This document shows, in pieces, positions 19,549 to 27,760 of a stretch of 64,000 nucleotides of DNA. Source of the stretch: Parcubacteria group bacterium Gr01-1014_20 (lineage in GTDB: Bacteria > Patescibacteriota > Minisyncoccia > UBA6257 > 2-01-FULL-56-20); contig VMFW01000010.1 of the NCBI GenBank assembly GCA_007376265.1, positions 1,945 to 65,944 of the forward strand, read 5' to 3'. How positions within the stretch are numbered: position 1 is the first letter of the stretch; every line of letters starts with the position of its first letter. Below the pieces are notes generated by a model that saw nothing but the letters and a program-made list of their open reading frames with translations, was not told the DNA's origin and made no database searches. The translations under genes and the position numbers were made by a program.

Positions 19549-20864
19549 CTACTTTACGTGGTGTTTGGATTTTATTTTGTCTTCTTCTTCGGATTCGTAC
19601 TCGAGTTTGGTTTCTTTGGCTTTTTCGGACATGGCTTTTAATTCTTTTTCGGAGAGCTTACTTAACTCTTTGACGCGAGATTCGAGGTGTTCGCGAGTGT
19701 TTTTTTCGGGATCGTCTAAAACTTCTTCTAGCAAGATGGATAGAATGTAGCCAACTTTGGGACCAGGATCAAGTTTGGCGATCTGCATCACGTCAGCTCC
19801 GTTGACTCTTAACATCTTCGGGGAGATGGGATCGCTTTTGACCTTATCAATCATGAAGAGCAAGTGGCGGAGCTTGTAGGGTACAGCTTTCGGGACGCCG
19901 GAGCCGATGCGATCGGCTTCACGGACTTTGATTAAATCGTCGATATTTTCCGGACTGACGCGGGCGAGAAAACGGCGGACGCCAGCGGCGGTGACTTCGC
20001 CCACGTTGTAGTAGAAGAGATGGTGGCGAACCAAGTGAATTACTTTTTCACCGAAGTCCTTTGGAAAACGTAGGCGATCAACGATTTGGGCAGCAATACG
20101 ACCGCCAACAACTTCGTGGCCATGGAAGGTGGAATCTGGGCCGTCCCCTCTTTTGGTGGCGGGCTTGCCAACATCGTGCAGAAGTGAGGCAAGGCGGACT
20201 AACAATGAATAGTTTTGTTTGGCGGTGTAGGCGAGCGCCCGGACGTTGTGTTCGAAGACGGTGTAGATGTGATGCTTATTTTGCCCGCAACCCAAACCAT
20301 CACGAAGTTCGGGAACTATATTCTTAAGAAGATTGAGTTCCTCGAGAAGAATAATGCCTTCTGCCGCGCCGTCGGCCATCAAGATTTTTATAAATTCATC
20401 GCGGATGCGCTCTTTGGCGATAGTCTCCAAAAGGCCGGCATTTTTTTCGATGGATCGGCGAGTGTTCAGATCGATCTGGAAATTGAGCTCGGTGGCCAAT
20501 CGAACGGCACGCATTAAGCGGAGCGCATCTTCCCCAAATCTCTCATCGGGGATGCCGACGGTTTTGATTATATTTTCTTTTAAATCTTTCTCGCCGCCGT
20601 AAGGATCAATGATTTTGTCGAACTTGCCTTTAGCAAAATTGATGGCCATGGCATTCACGGTAAAATCTCGGCGAGATAAATCTTCTTCAATGCGAAAATT
20701 TTTTGGATTTCTTCTGGCTTAGCGTTAGTGGCAACATCCCAATCCTTTGGATCGCGATTTAATAAAAGATCGCGAACACAACCACCCACCAGATAAGCCT
20801 GGTAACCAGCTTTTTCGAGAGTCTCGGCAACAGATTTTACTTCGTCGGGAACCTCTAGTTTCAT
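19549..20864 (-). pseudogene. cca: CCA-adding enzyme (tRNA nucleotidyltransferase) split into two frames; the head-domain segment between GGxVRD/DxD and RRDFTxNAMA is missing
   Basis: ORF 20655..20864 encodes ...YLVGGCVRDLLL...DWDVATNAKPEEIQKIF and then runs into a stop. One frame over, the sequence reads NFRIEEDLSRRDFTVNAMAI and continues through the HD domain (19549..20658). About 45 aa, equivalent to Bst CCA residues PKTIDVG...VTFVRS, are absent, and the junction sits at an A6T4 run. Confidence 0.6.
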
Positions 20865-20968
20865 TTATTGCTTAATTGAATTCTAGCGGAAATACCCGTG
20901 AAAATAAACTTGCTTTGAGTTATTGTGGTGATAGACTTTAAGCGGCACTTTAAAAAAAAGGGGGGGGT

Positions 20969-21220
20969 ATGTCATCAAGATGGTTAATGACGGATAGTAC
21001 AAAGCGTTATCTTGACGGCTTAGCGCGTAGCCTTAAAGTGGCTGGAATGGACGAGTTGGCCGTAGAGCTTGGATTTGAAAATGCCCAGGATATGGCGGAT
21101 CGAAACGGATTCGTCAATATCTATGCCTATTTTTCGGCACCCGGGAATGCCGAGCGCTATATCGAAATTGAGTGTGTGTTGATCGAAAAGAGGAAGGGCG
21201 CAGAAGTAGTCCCGATATGA
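20969..21220 (+). CDS. hypothetical small protein (83 aa)
   Basis: ORF followed by a strong terminator; no motif. Confidence 0.35.
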   Translation: MSSRWLMTDSTKRYLDGLARSLKVAGMDELAVELGFENAQDMADRNGFVNIYAYFSAPGNAERYIEIECVLIEKRKGAEVVPI

Positions 21221-21236
21221 AAAATTACAAACGAGC

Positions 21237-21267
21237 GAGGCCGTTCCAATGGAACGGCCTTTTTGTT
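21237..21267 (+). terminator. Rho-independent terminator
   Basis: GGCCGTTCCaatGGAACGGCC followed by TTTTTGTTT. Confidence 0.65.
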
Positions 21268-21322
21268 TGCAAAATCCTTGGAGGGTGGTAAATTTTGAGT
21301 AGAAACTCAACAAGGGAGGAAT

Positions 21323-21520
21323 ATGGGTGACGTTCACTATCCGAATATCAAAGAGTGCCCTTGCTGTTACAGGAGGCGCGGAAGAATACGCAGTATCTTA
21401 GGGATGCTCTGGTGGAAGGCTGGTTTTGTGGTTTCGGATCCAAACCGAAGAACCGAAATGGATCGACTGGCTGAGGACAAGCTCGCGCGGATCAACCGGG
21501 GAGAAATTCCCTATTCTTGA
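21323..21520 (+). CDS. hypothetical small protein (65 aa, Cys-containing, Arg-rich)
   Basis: AGGGAGGAAT RBS before the ATG; first gene of a three-gene mini-operon. Confidence 0.35.
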   Translation: MGDVHYPNIKECPCCYRRRGRIRSILGMLWWKAGFVVSDPNRRTEMDRLAEDKLARINRGEIPYS

Positions 21521-21536
21521 AAACTGGAGGAGGAGT

Positions 21537-21705
21537 GATGCCGACTAAGAAGGCCAAGAAAAAACCGAGAAAAAGCAGGCGGCGAAAATCTAAAGTGCAG
21601 GAAGCGCTTACAGAGCTTGCGGACGCAACTCGGAAAAGCGGTGCCAAGTCGATGTTTATCAAAAAACCAACCATCAGGAAGAAGGATCAGGGAACCAGAG
21701 AGTAG
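21537..21705 (+). CDS. hypothetical very basic small protein (~56 aa)
   Basis: GGAGGAGGAGTG RBS before ATG 21537; Lys/Arg-rich N-terminus. Confidence 0.35.
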
Positions 21706-21727
21706 TGGAAAGTGAGGTGAGTTCATT

Positions 21728-21910
21728 ATGCCTTTTGTGACTGCAATTGCCTCGAGCCAAAGGGGTGAGCTAGCGGTTTTCACACTGCCGGATGATGAGG
21801 CGCGTGACCTAGCTAATCTTCTCGGAGTGAAGTGGGCGGAAGACGAAATGTCATCCAGCTTGAGCATCATGAAGATCAGCATGAAGAGGTGTGACCTCAA
21901 GAAATCATAG
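21728..21910 (+). CDS. hypothetical small protein (60 aa)
   Basis: AAGTGAGGTGA RBS before the ATG; a terminator follows. Confidence 0.35.
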   Translation: MPFVTAIASSQRGELAVFTLPDDEARDLANLLGVKWAEDEMSSSLSIMKISMKRCDLKKS

Positions 21911-21916
21911 TCACCG

Positions 21917-21951
21917 ACAAGCCGGTCTGCGGAAACCGGCTTTTTGTTTGC
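21917..21951 (+). terminator. Rho-independent terminator
   Basis: AAGCCGGTctgcggaaACCGGCTT followed by TTTTGTTT. Confidence 0.65.
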
Positions 21952-21975
21952 CGATTCAAGCGATACAATTTACCT

Positions 21976-22855
21976 GATGGCACTTTTGGGGATCTTCTTT
22001 GCGGTCGCAGCACTTGTTTCCTGGGGATTTGGGGATTTTTTTATTCAGCGAGCGACCCGTCAGATTGGGGTTTGGCGAACTTTGTTTTTTATAGATTTCG
22101 CGGCGGCTCTCTTTTTTCTTCCTTTTATATATGAAGAGATCGGGCCAACGTTTTCTAACGGGCGCGGAATGTTTCTTCTCACTGCCGCGGGGTTAGTGAT
22201 TTTTTTAGCGGCGCTCCTGATTTTTAAGTCATACAAAGACGGAAAGTTGGCGATAGTTGAACCCATACTAGCGTTCGAGTTGCCCGTGGTGGTGGCTTTA
22301 GGAATTTTCACGTGGGGTGAAAAACTAAGCGTGATAGAAATTCTTTTGATTGGGTCGGTTTTTCTTGGAATAGTGCTCGCGATTACAAAACACCACACTC
22401 ATCTGCATTACCATAAACGAATTTTTGAGCGTGGTGTGGTGTGGGCGGTTTTGGGAGCAATCGTGATGGGGCTCGGGAGTTTTTTGCTAGGAGTTTCGAG
22501 CCAAGAAACATCTCCCCTCTTTACCATGTGGTATACGAGCTTAATCAGTGTGATTCTTTGCCTTTTCTACATGGTTCCCAAAGGCGAAGTTAAAAAATTG
22601 ATAAACGACTTAAGAGCGCACAAAAAATCAGTGATTAGTCAGGTGATTTTAGACAACGCGGCATGGACTTTTTACGCATTTTCAATGACTTTAATTCCGA
22701 TCTCGATTGCGACCACCATTTCTGAAAGCTACATTGCGCTCTCGGTTGTGCTTGGAATTGTGGTGAATCATGAGAAAATCCAGAGGCATCAAAAAATTGG
22801 AGTGGCCCTCGCGATAGCGGGGGTTATTTTCTTAGGGATGGTGACGGGTAAATAA
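21976..22855 (+). CDS. DMT-superfamily (EamA-like) transporter
   Basis: About ten TM helices with two EamA-like halves. The start is placed at MALLGIFF, downstream of the terminator. Confidence 0.7.
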
Positions 22856-22905
22856 AAAGCTCCGATCGAGGTGATCGGAGCCGATATTGAATCTAAACCA
22901 CAGAA

Positions 22906-23520
22906 TCAGCCTCCATCCCCTAGCCCACCCAATCTTCCGGTGCGGGTTTTTTTTATTGAAGGGGGCGGGGTTGATTTTTTACAGACTCTTTCGATAATTT
23001 CAATCTCAGCGGCTGGCTTGGTAACGGTCGTAACAACTAAGACTTCAGCGCTTTCGGAGTAGTGAAAATCTCCTCGGGAGTAGATGACGGCTTTGATCAT
23101 ATAAAAACCGGCGAAATCGCAGTCGGGCGGGCCAAGGTCGCTGTTCCAAATAACACTAGGATTTGAGTCGTGGAGAAGTTCGAGATGCGTTTGCAGCTCG
23201 ATTCTTCCATGTCGGGGACAGGGGTCATCGATATAGAAGTAACTTACACAACCAGCGTCTTCGGATGCCTCAAAGACCCAAACCACGGAATCAATGCCGA
23301 ATTTCTTTTCGATCTCGCGCACATCGCTTGGAGCTAGAGAAATTTCGATAGTTCCCATTACAACCGTGATATCTCCGTTGGGACAGTCGAAAGTGGTACT
23401 GGGAGCCACAATCGGATGATAGGGAATAACGTTCGCATACTCCATTCGAGAGTCCGATGACTGATTAACCACCAGCGCCGAGATGATTGCAATAAACGCA
23501 ATCAAGACGATTCTTTTCAT
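22906..23520 (-). CDS. secreted hypothetical protein
   Basis: N-terminal signal peptide; several Cys residues; no motif. Confidence 0.45.
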   Translation of the reverse strand: MKRIVLIAFIAIISALVVNQSSDSRMEYANVIPYHPIVAPSTTFDCPNGDITVVMGTIEISLAPSDVREIEKKFGIDSVVWVFEASEDAGCVSYFYIDDPCPRHGRIELQTHLELLHDSNPSVIWNSDLGPPDCDFAGFYMIKAVIYSRGDFHYSESAEVLVVTTVTKPAAEIEIIERVCKKSTPPPSIKKTRTGRLGGLGDGG

Positions 23521-23610
23521 GCACCCTCCTTGGGCTAAGAGTGAGATGTTGTTTCAGACAGAAATCTTAATCTACTACGGATATACTAGTTTTTTGGAGG
23601 GAGAAGTCAA

Positions 23611-24753
23611 TTACCTTACGTCGGCGTCAAATTGCTTTTTAGTTTCTTCGATAACTTTATCCTGAACGGGTTCGATTTCGTCGATGGTGAGGGTACGTTC
23701 GTTAGAGCGATAGATGATTCGATAAGTGTAGCTGATTTTATCCCCGCCGAATTTTTCGGCGTTTTCATATTTATCTAAAAGAGAAACTTCCTCGACGAGG
23801 TTGCCGCCGAGGTCGCGGATTAAATCGAAGTAGTCGTTGGGCGCGAAATCATTTTTAACCACAAAAGAAATATCGCGGGTGATGGGCGGGAATTTGCTGA
23901 CTTCTTTGAAGTGGGTCCCAAGTTTCAATTGGCGTTTGACGCGATCGTCTTCAGACCACAGCAAACGAATATCAGGCAGGTTCATACTTAAAATCGCCAA
24001 GCGTTCTAAACCGAAACCGAAAGCCCAGCCGTTATAGATCTTGGAGTCCACGCCTAGGTTATCTAAGACGCTAGAGTGAGCCACGCCGCTCCCCAAAACT
24101 TCAACCCAGCGGCCATCGATTTCAATTTCCATCTCTAAACTGGGATCGGTGTACGGGAAGGTGTCTTTATTGAAACGATACTTGATATTAGAACCGAAAA
24201 TGGACTGGGCGATTTTAATTAAAATGTCTTGTAGTTCTTTGACGCCAAGCTCTTGCTCGCTACGCTTACAGATATAGAGGCCGTCCATCTGATGAAAGAC
24301 GTTCATGTGATTGCGGTCAATTTCGTCCTTGCGATAGACCTTGCCATATGAAAGAAGACCGAGGGTTTCGCCTTTTTTCACCCTTCCTCTAATTTCGGGA
24401 AGGGTGAGGTAGTAGTACCACATGATGGTGGTGTGAGTGCGAAGAATGTAGTTATCGTTTAAGTAGTAGGTATCGGAATGACTGCGGGCTGGGTGATCGG
24501 CGGGGAAATTGAAAAGATCGAAACTTTCTTTAACTGGGACGATTTCGGGGTCTTTGATGACGTCAAAATCCTGGAAATCGGGAATGGCTAAGATTCTCTT
24601 TACAAGTTCGTGAATGGGGCTCTCCTCTTTGCGCGAGAGGTCCGGCATTTTCAAAAATCTTTTTAGTCGTTCGGACTCTGGGTCGGTGCGTTTTTCGAGC
24701 CCGGAGAGAAGTTCTTTTTCTTCCTTAGACTCAACGATTATTTCTTGGCGCAT
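23611..24753 (-). CDS. pheS: phenylalanine--tRNA ligase alpha subunit
   Basis: Class II aaRS motifs FNFPADHPARSHSDTYYL...LRTHTT...GFGLERLAIL. Confidence 0.9.
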   Translation of the reverse strand: MRQEIIVESKEEKELLSGLEKRTDPESERLKRFLKMPDLSRKEESPIHELVKRILAIPDFQDFDVIKDPEIVPVKESFDLFNFPADHPARSHSDTYYLNDNYILRTHTTIMWYYYLTLPEIRGRVKKGETLGLLSYGKVYRKDEIDRNHMNVFHQMDGLYICKRSEQELGVKELQDILIKIAQSIFGSNIKYRFNKDTFPYTDPSLEMEIEIDGRWVEVLGSGVAHSSVLDNLGVDSKIYNGWAFGFGLERLAILSMNLPDIRLLWSEDDRVKRQLKLGTHFKEVSKFPPITRDISFVVKNDFAPNDYFDLIRDLGGNLVEEVSLLDKYENAEKFGGDKISYTYRIIYRSNERTLTIDEIEPVQDKVIEETKKQFDADVR

Positions 24754-24799
24754 AGTAAAGGTATCTTAACTAAGTGACCAAAAAAAATCAAAAAGCCGC

Positions 24800-25297
24800 T
24801 TACGAGATTTTCTCGTAAGCGGCTTGGGGAACTTTACTTTCTGGGCTGGGAGCCAAGAGGAGGCGGGCCCGATCTAGGATCCAGCCGTAAATCCAACCAG
24901 TGGCCATACTCCAGATTAAAAACATGAGCGATGCGGCTCCAATTTGGCGCCCGGAAACCTGGAAGATGATAGCGCAGAGGATGTAGATCGGAATTTTGTA
25001 GAGCGAGAGGGAGAGGCCTTCGGCAATGGATTTGCGAACAATGTGTTCGGATGTGCCGAGAAGAAAGGCTCTCAATTGATTGGTGAGCTTCCCGCAAATT
25101 CTCGCCCCAGGAACAGCCAGGAGAATATAGAGAAGGCGAACCTTCCAGAACTGTTCGATCTTAACATCGAGGATCCAGACTTCACTCACGAGAGTGACGA
25201 TGCCACCAATGATGATGCCGTAGACAACAAAAGCAATCGTGTCGGCGGCGATGTACTTCAAGGCCATCCTCCTTAGTTCGCGGACTGTTTCTATCAA
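24800..25297 (-). CDS. hypothetical membrane protein
   Basis: Four TM helices, 165 aa. Confidence 0.45.
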   Translation of the reverse strand: MIETVRELRRMALKYIAADTIAFVVYGIIIGGIVTLVSEVWILDVKIEQFWKVRLLYILLAVPGARICGKLTNQLRAFLLGTSEHIVRKSIAEGLSLSLYKIPIYILCAIIFQVSGRQIGAASLMFLIWSMATGWIYGWILDRARLLLAPSPESKVPQAAYEKIS

Positions 25298-25397
25298 GTG
25301 ACCCTCCTTGGAAATTCACTGGTACCAAAAGACAATGAGCTCCTGCGATGTTACAGGAAAATGGTCTATAAAGCAATCTAAGATTCTTGAATCTTAA

Positions 25398-26087
25398 CTA
25401 GGGGTTAATTAGCTCGTAGGCAACGATTTTTAGATTGTTTTTGTAACTAGTATCGTAGGTCCCGTCGAATTTATAATCTTTGGGAATTTGGATTGAAAAC
25501 CTGTAATTTAGTCCCCTGGTCAGTTCTTTGGGGTTGTGGATAAAAGCAACGAGTTGGTTATCGTTGATCTGATAACTCTTGGCGGTGGGGATGTTTTTGC
25601 CCTGCATTAAAAAAACGTGAGGTTCCAGACAGGTGGCGCAGAACTTGCCGGTTGGGCATGGTGGACATTCGTAGATACTGCGAACCTGGGCTTCGGTGTT
25701 GTAGGTTCCTTCTAGCAAGCTGATGGTGTTGATTTGCCGAATGGTATAGAGAGGCAAGCTGGCTTGGGGTTTTGGGAGTGAAAGAACACAGATGCCCGAA
25801 AGGCACTTGGGGTTCGGTGTTTCACAAGATGAGGTTTTCGCGTAGTCTGGGCAAAATTTTATCGCTCCCTTTTCATATCTAGGTAGAGAGAATTTATTGA
25901 GAGCGGTTCCACAGTGGTCGCAGTTTTTAGCGATAACGACACAATCAATATCTGAGAGACACGCCTGGTCGTCCGGATTGATGCTCACGATTTCTTCAGG
26001 GAAGATCTTTTCCTTGGATAAAAAAATAAAACCAGATGTACCCGCGAGGACACATACAACAGAGATAAACAAAATTCTTTTTTTCAC
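25398..26087 (-). CDS. secreted Cys-rich hypothetical protein
   Basis: Signal peptide and ~16 Cys, including CPPCPTGKFCATC. Confidence 0.45.
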   Translation of the reverse strand: MKKRILFISVVCVLAGTSGFIFLSKEKIFPEEIVSINPDDQACLSDIDCVVIAKNCDHCGTALNKFSLPRYEKGAIKFCPDYAKTSSCETPNPKCLSGICVLSLPKPQASLPLYTIRQINTISLLEGTYNTEAQVRSIYECPPCPTGKFCATCLEPHVFLMQGKNIPTAKSYQINDNQLVAFIHNPKELTRGLNYRFSIQIPKDYKFDGTYDTSYKNNLKIVAYELINP

Positions 26088-26100
26088 GATTTTTATTTTT

Positions 26101-26265
26101 GTATGTGGCTGGGGTGGGGAATCTCACGTCGCCTCGCATTCGCGAGACTCTTTCAAAACCCTCGGTTTTGAATTATTTCCGACACGGGGAAAACTTTCCT
26201 TTTCCCCGACCCCCTTTTGCGTTCGATCCTCAGCCAATAAAGTTTTTTTGGGGGGGATGGTCTTG
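26101..26265 (-). mobile_element. tRNA-Met-associated miniature element (copy A), bounded by a second copy of the tRNA 3' end
   Basis: A 23-nt direct repeat of the tRNA-Met 3' end (GATTCCCCACCCCAGCCACATAC) sits at 26101-26123, against the original at 26266-26291. Internally there is an antisense T-arm fragment (GGCTGAGGATCGAAC), the hairpin GGGGAAAAggaaagTTTTCCCC and GCGAGGCGACGT. The element is homologous to copy B at 56881-57036. Confidence 0.45.
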
Positions 26266-26270
26266 GTATG

Positions 26271-26344
26271 TGGCTGGGGTGGGGATCGAACCCACGACCT
26301 TAGCGTTATGAGTGCTACGCTCTAACCAACTGAGCTACCCAGCC
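26271..26344 (-). tRNA. tRNA-Met (anticodon CAT; elongator type, G1:C72), CCA not encoded
   Basis: GGCTGGGTAGCTCAGTTGGTTAGAGCGTAGCACTCATAACGCTAAGGTCGTGGGTTCGATCCCCACCCCAGCCA; no C4/C5 lysidine-type acceptor determinants. Confidence 0.85.
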
Positions 26345-26384
26345 GTCAGATAAATTTTTATCATTAAAAGGCGTTTTTGACAAT

Positions 26385-26645
26385 TCAGACTCTAAAAACT
26401 ATAATTCGCACGCGGGTTGGTGGAAGAGTTACCATAGGAGCCCCATAAGCTTCAGGAGTCGGTGCGAGTCCGGCACCCGCAACACGCTTCGGTTTTCTCT
26501 TTTTAAGGGACGGCTCGCACTTTTCCGGCGAAAGTGCGGCCTGTATCTCACCGCTATGGTCCCGATCTATTATCGGGACACCAAGCCATAGCGCTTCCGA
26601 TAACCCCTTAAAAAGAGAAAGCCTCCGCTATCCAATTGGAATTTA
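26385..26645. ncRNA. candidate structured RNA or miniature inverted-repeat element: a perfect 16-bp long-range inverted repeat enclosing two strong hairpins (class unknown)
   Basis: TTTCTCTTTTTAAGGG (26473-88) pairs perfectly with CCCTTAAAAAGAGAAA (26584-99). Inside are a 12-bp hairpin (26491-26520) and a nested 8+7-bp hairpin (26531-26572). The ~260 nt has no ORF and lies between a terminator and tRNA-Met. Confidence 0.3.
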
Positions 26646-26677
26646 TAAAAAAGCCCCAGACTCGTGTCGGGGCTTTT
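26645..26677. terminator. Rho-independent terminator downstream of the NYN-domain gene (the hairpin also reads as a terminator on the + strand)
   Basis: AGCCCCagactcgtgtcGGGGCT flanked by an A-run upstream and a T-run downstream. Confidence 0.6.
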
Positions 26678-26683
26678 GGAAAT

Positions 26684-27640
26684 TTAGCTTTCTGAAGTGA
26701 CTCTCTTCACAGGCATAAGATTGATGGCCGCGGGATGGGCTCGGTTAGGGCGATAATATTTAAAGACGGTGACTCCGCCAATCACGACGGCTTTTTTCTC
26801 GATGAGCCCCTTGTCAGCAATAGCTCCCATAGCGGCTTCTAAATCTTCCTTGGTGTATATCTCTCCCCACTGATCAATGATGCCTTTCCAGGCTAAGTTG
26901 ATAATGTGACGAAAAGGATATTGGTTTCTTTCGGGCGTGGTGAGTTCAAAGACTTTCCGAACGACAACCTTGATGAAAGCAATGGCTTGTCTGGTCTCCT
27001 CATGAAGACTGGTTTCACCCCTTGCGACTAGTTCGAGAATCCTAGAAAATTCCCGTTTGCGGGAATCGAACAAGAGGGTCTCTCCACCGCCGTCCTTATC
27101 GTTTATTTTATCTCCCAGATCAGATGGGCGAAGAATAATAACTTCTTTATCCATGTCCTCGATGGGGTGGATAAAGTTGGGATCTTTAAAATCACTGTCG
27201 TCGCTAACCACAATAATCTTTTTTACCAGGGAATTTCTGGCAAGAGATAACCCAGACGATTTGAGATAGGAATCAACCTGATCGCGATCCTTTAGCCCTC
27301 TCGGACAAATCACCACTTTGAAACCAGCGTTATTGAGAGAGTTTATCAACCGAACTTTTCCCTCAAATTCGGGATGAGCTTCCTCGTCGAAAAGTTGGGC
27401 AGACAAGAAAACCTCAGCGAAAGCTACCGTCCCAAAGCTTCGACAATAATCCCTTAGCTTCGTGAAGGAAACTTTATAGCTGGCTTCGCTAGCACACAGA
27501 ACGACGTTGTCGAAGTCCACCAGGATTGCGACTAAATTGTTACTATCGGTACCGTTTTCGGTCTTTGAATCGCCGGGGGTTCCGATCTTAGCGACTTTAG
27601 GAAAAAGCCAGGCGACAAATCTATCAGCAATATTGCTCAC
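26684..27640 (-). CDS. NYN-domain (LabA-like) predicted RNase with a C-terminal OST-HTH/LOTUS-like region
   Basis: N-terminal LVAILVDFDNVV is the NYN start-strand motif; the ~90-aa C-terminal helical domain resembles OST-HTH. Confidence 0.5.
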   Translation of the reverse strand: MSNIADRFVAWLFPKVAKIGTPGDSKTENGTDSNNLVAILVDFDNVVLCASEASYKVSFTKLRDYCRSFGTVAFAEVFLSAQLFDEEAHPEFEGKVRLINSLNNAGFKVVICPRGLKDRDQVDSYLKSSGLSLARNSLVKKIIVVSDDSDFKDPNFIHPIEDMDKEVIILRPSDLGDKINDKDGGGETLLFDSRKREFSRILELVARGETSLHEETRQAIAFIKVVVRKVFELTTPERNQYPFRHIINLAWKGIIDQWGEIYTKEDLEAAMGAIADKGLIEKKAVVIGGVTVFKYYRPNRAHPAAINLMPVKRVTSES

Positions 27641-27760
27641 ACTCGAGCCTCCTTTTTGATTTTCCAGTTGTATAAGAACCGTAGGGAAGAATAAATTTTT
27701 TTCTTTCTTTTGTCAATTCGAGGTTTAATTATATGAGGATTTGTGTTAGAAAAAACATAG

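Noticed and set aside
26101-26291. A full integrated prophage or island at tRNA-Met or tRNA-Arg
   Set aside because: The direct repeats of the tRNA 3' ends are only ~140 nt apart. No integrase, excisionase or cargo genes lie between or adjacent, so these were reported as miniature elements or remnants instead.
26385-26645. tmRNA, SRP RNA, 6S RNA or RNase P RNA identity for the structured segment
   Set aside because: There is no tRNA-like 3' end with CCA and no tag reading frame (tmRNA). There is no GGAA-tetraloop helix-8 motif (SRP). There is no GGAAAGUCCGG or ACAGARCCCGGCUUA P4 strand (RNase P). At 260 nt it is also too short for RNase P.
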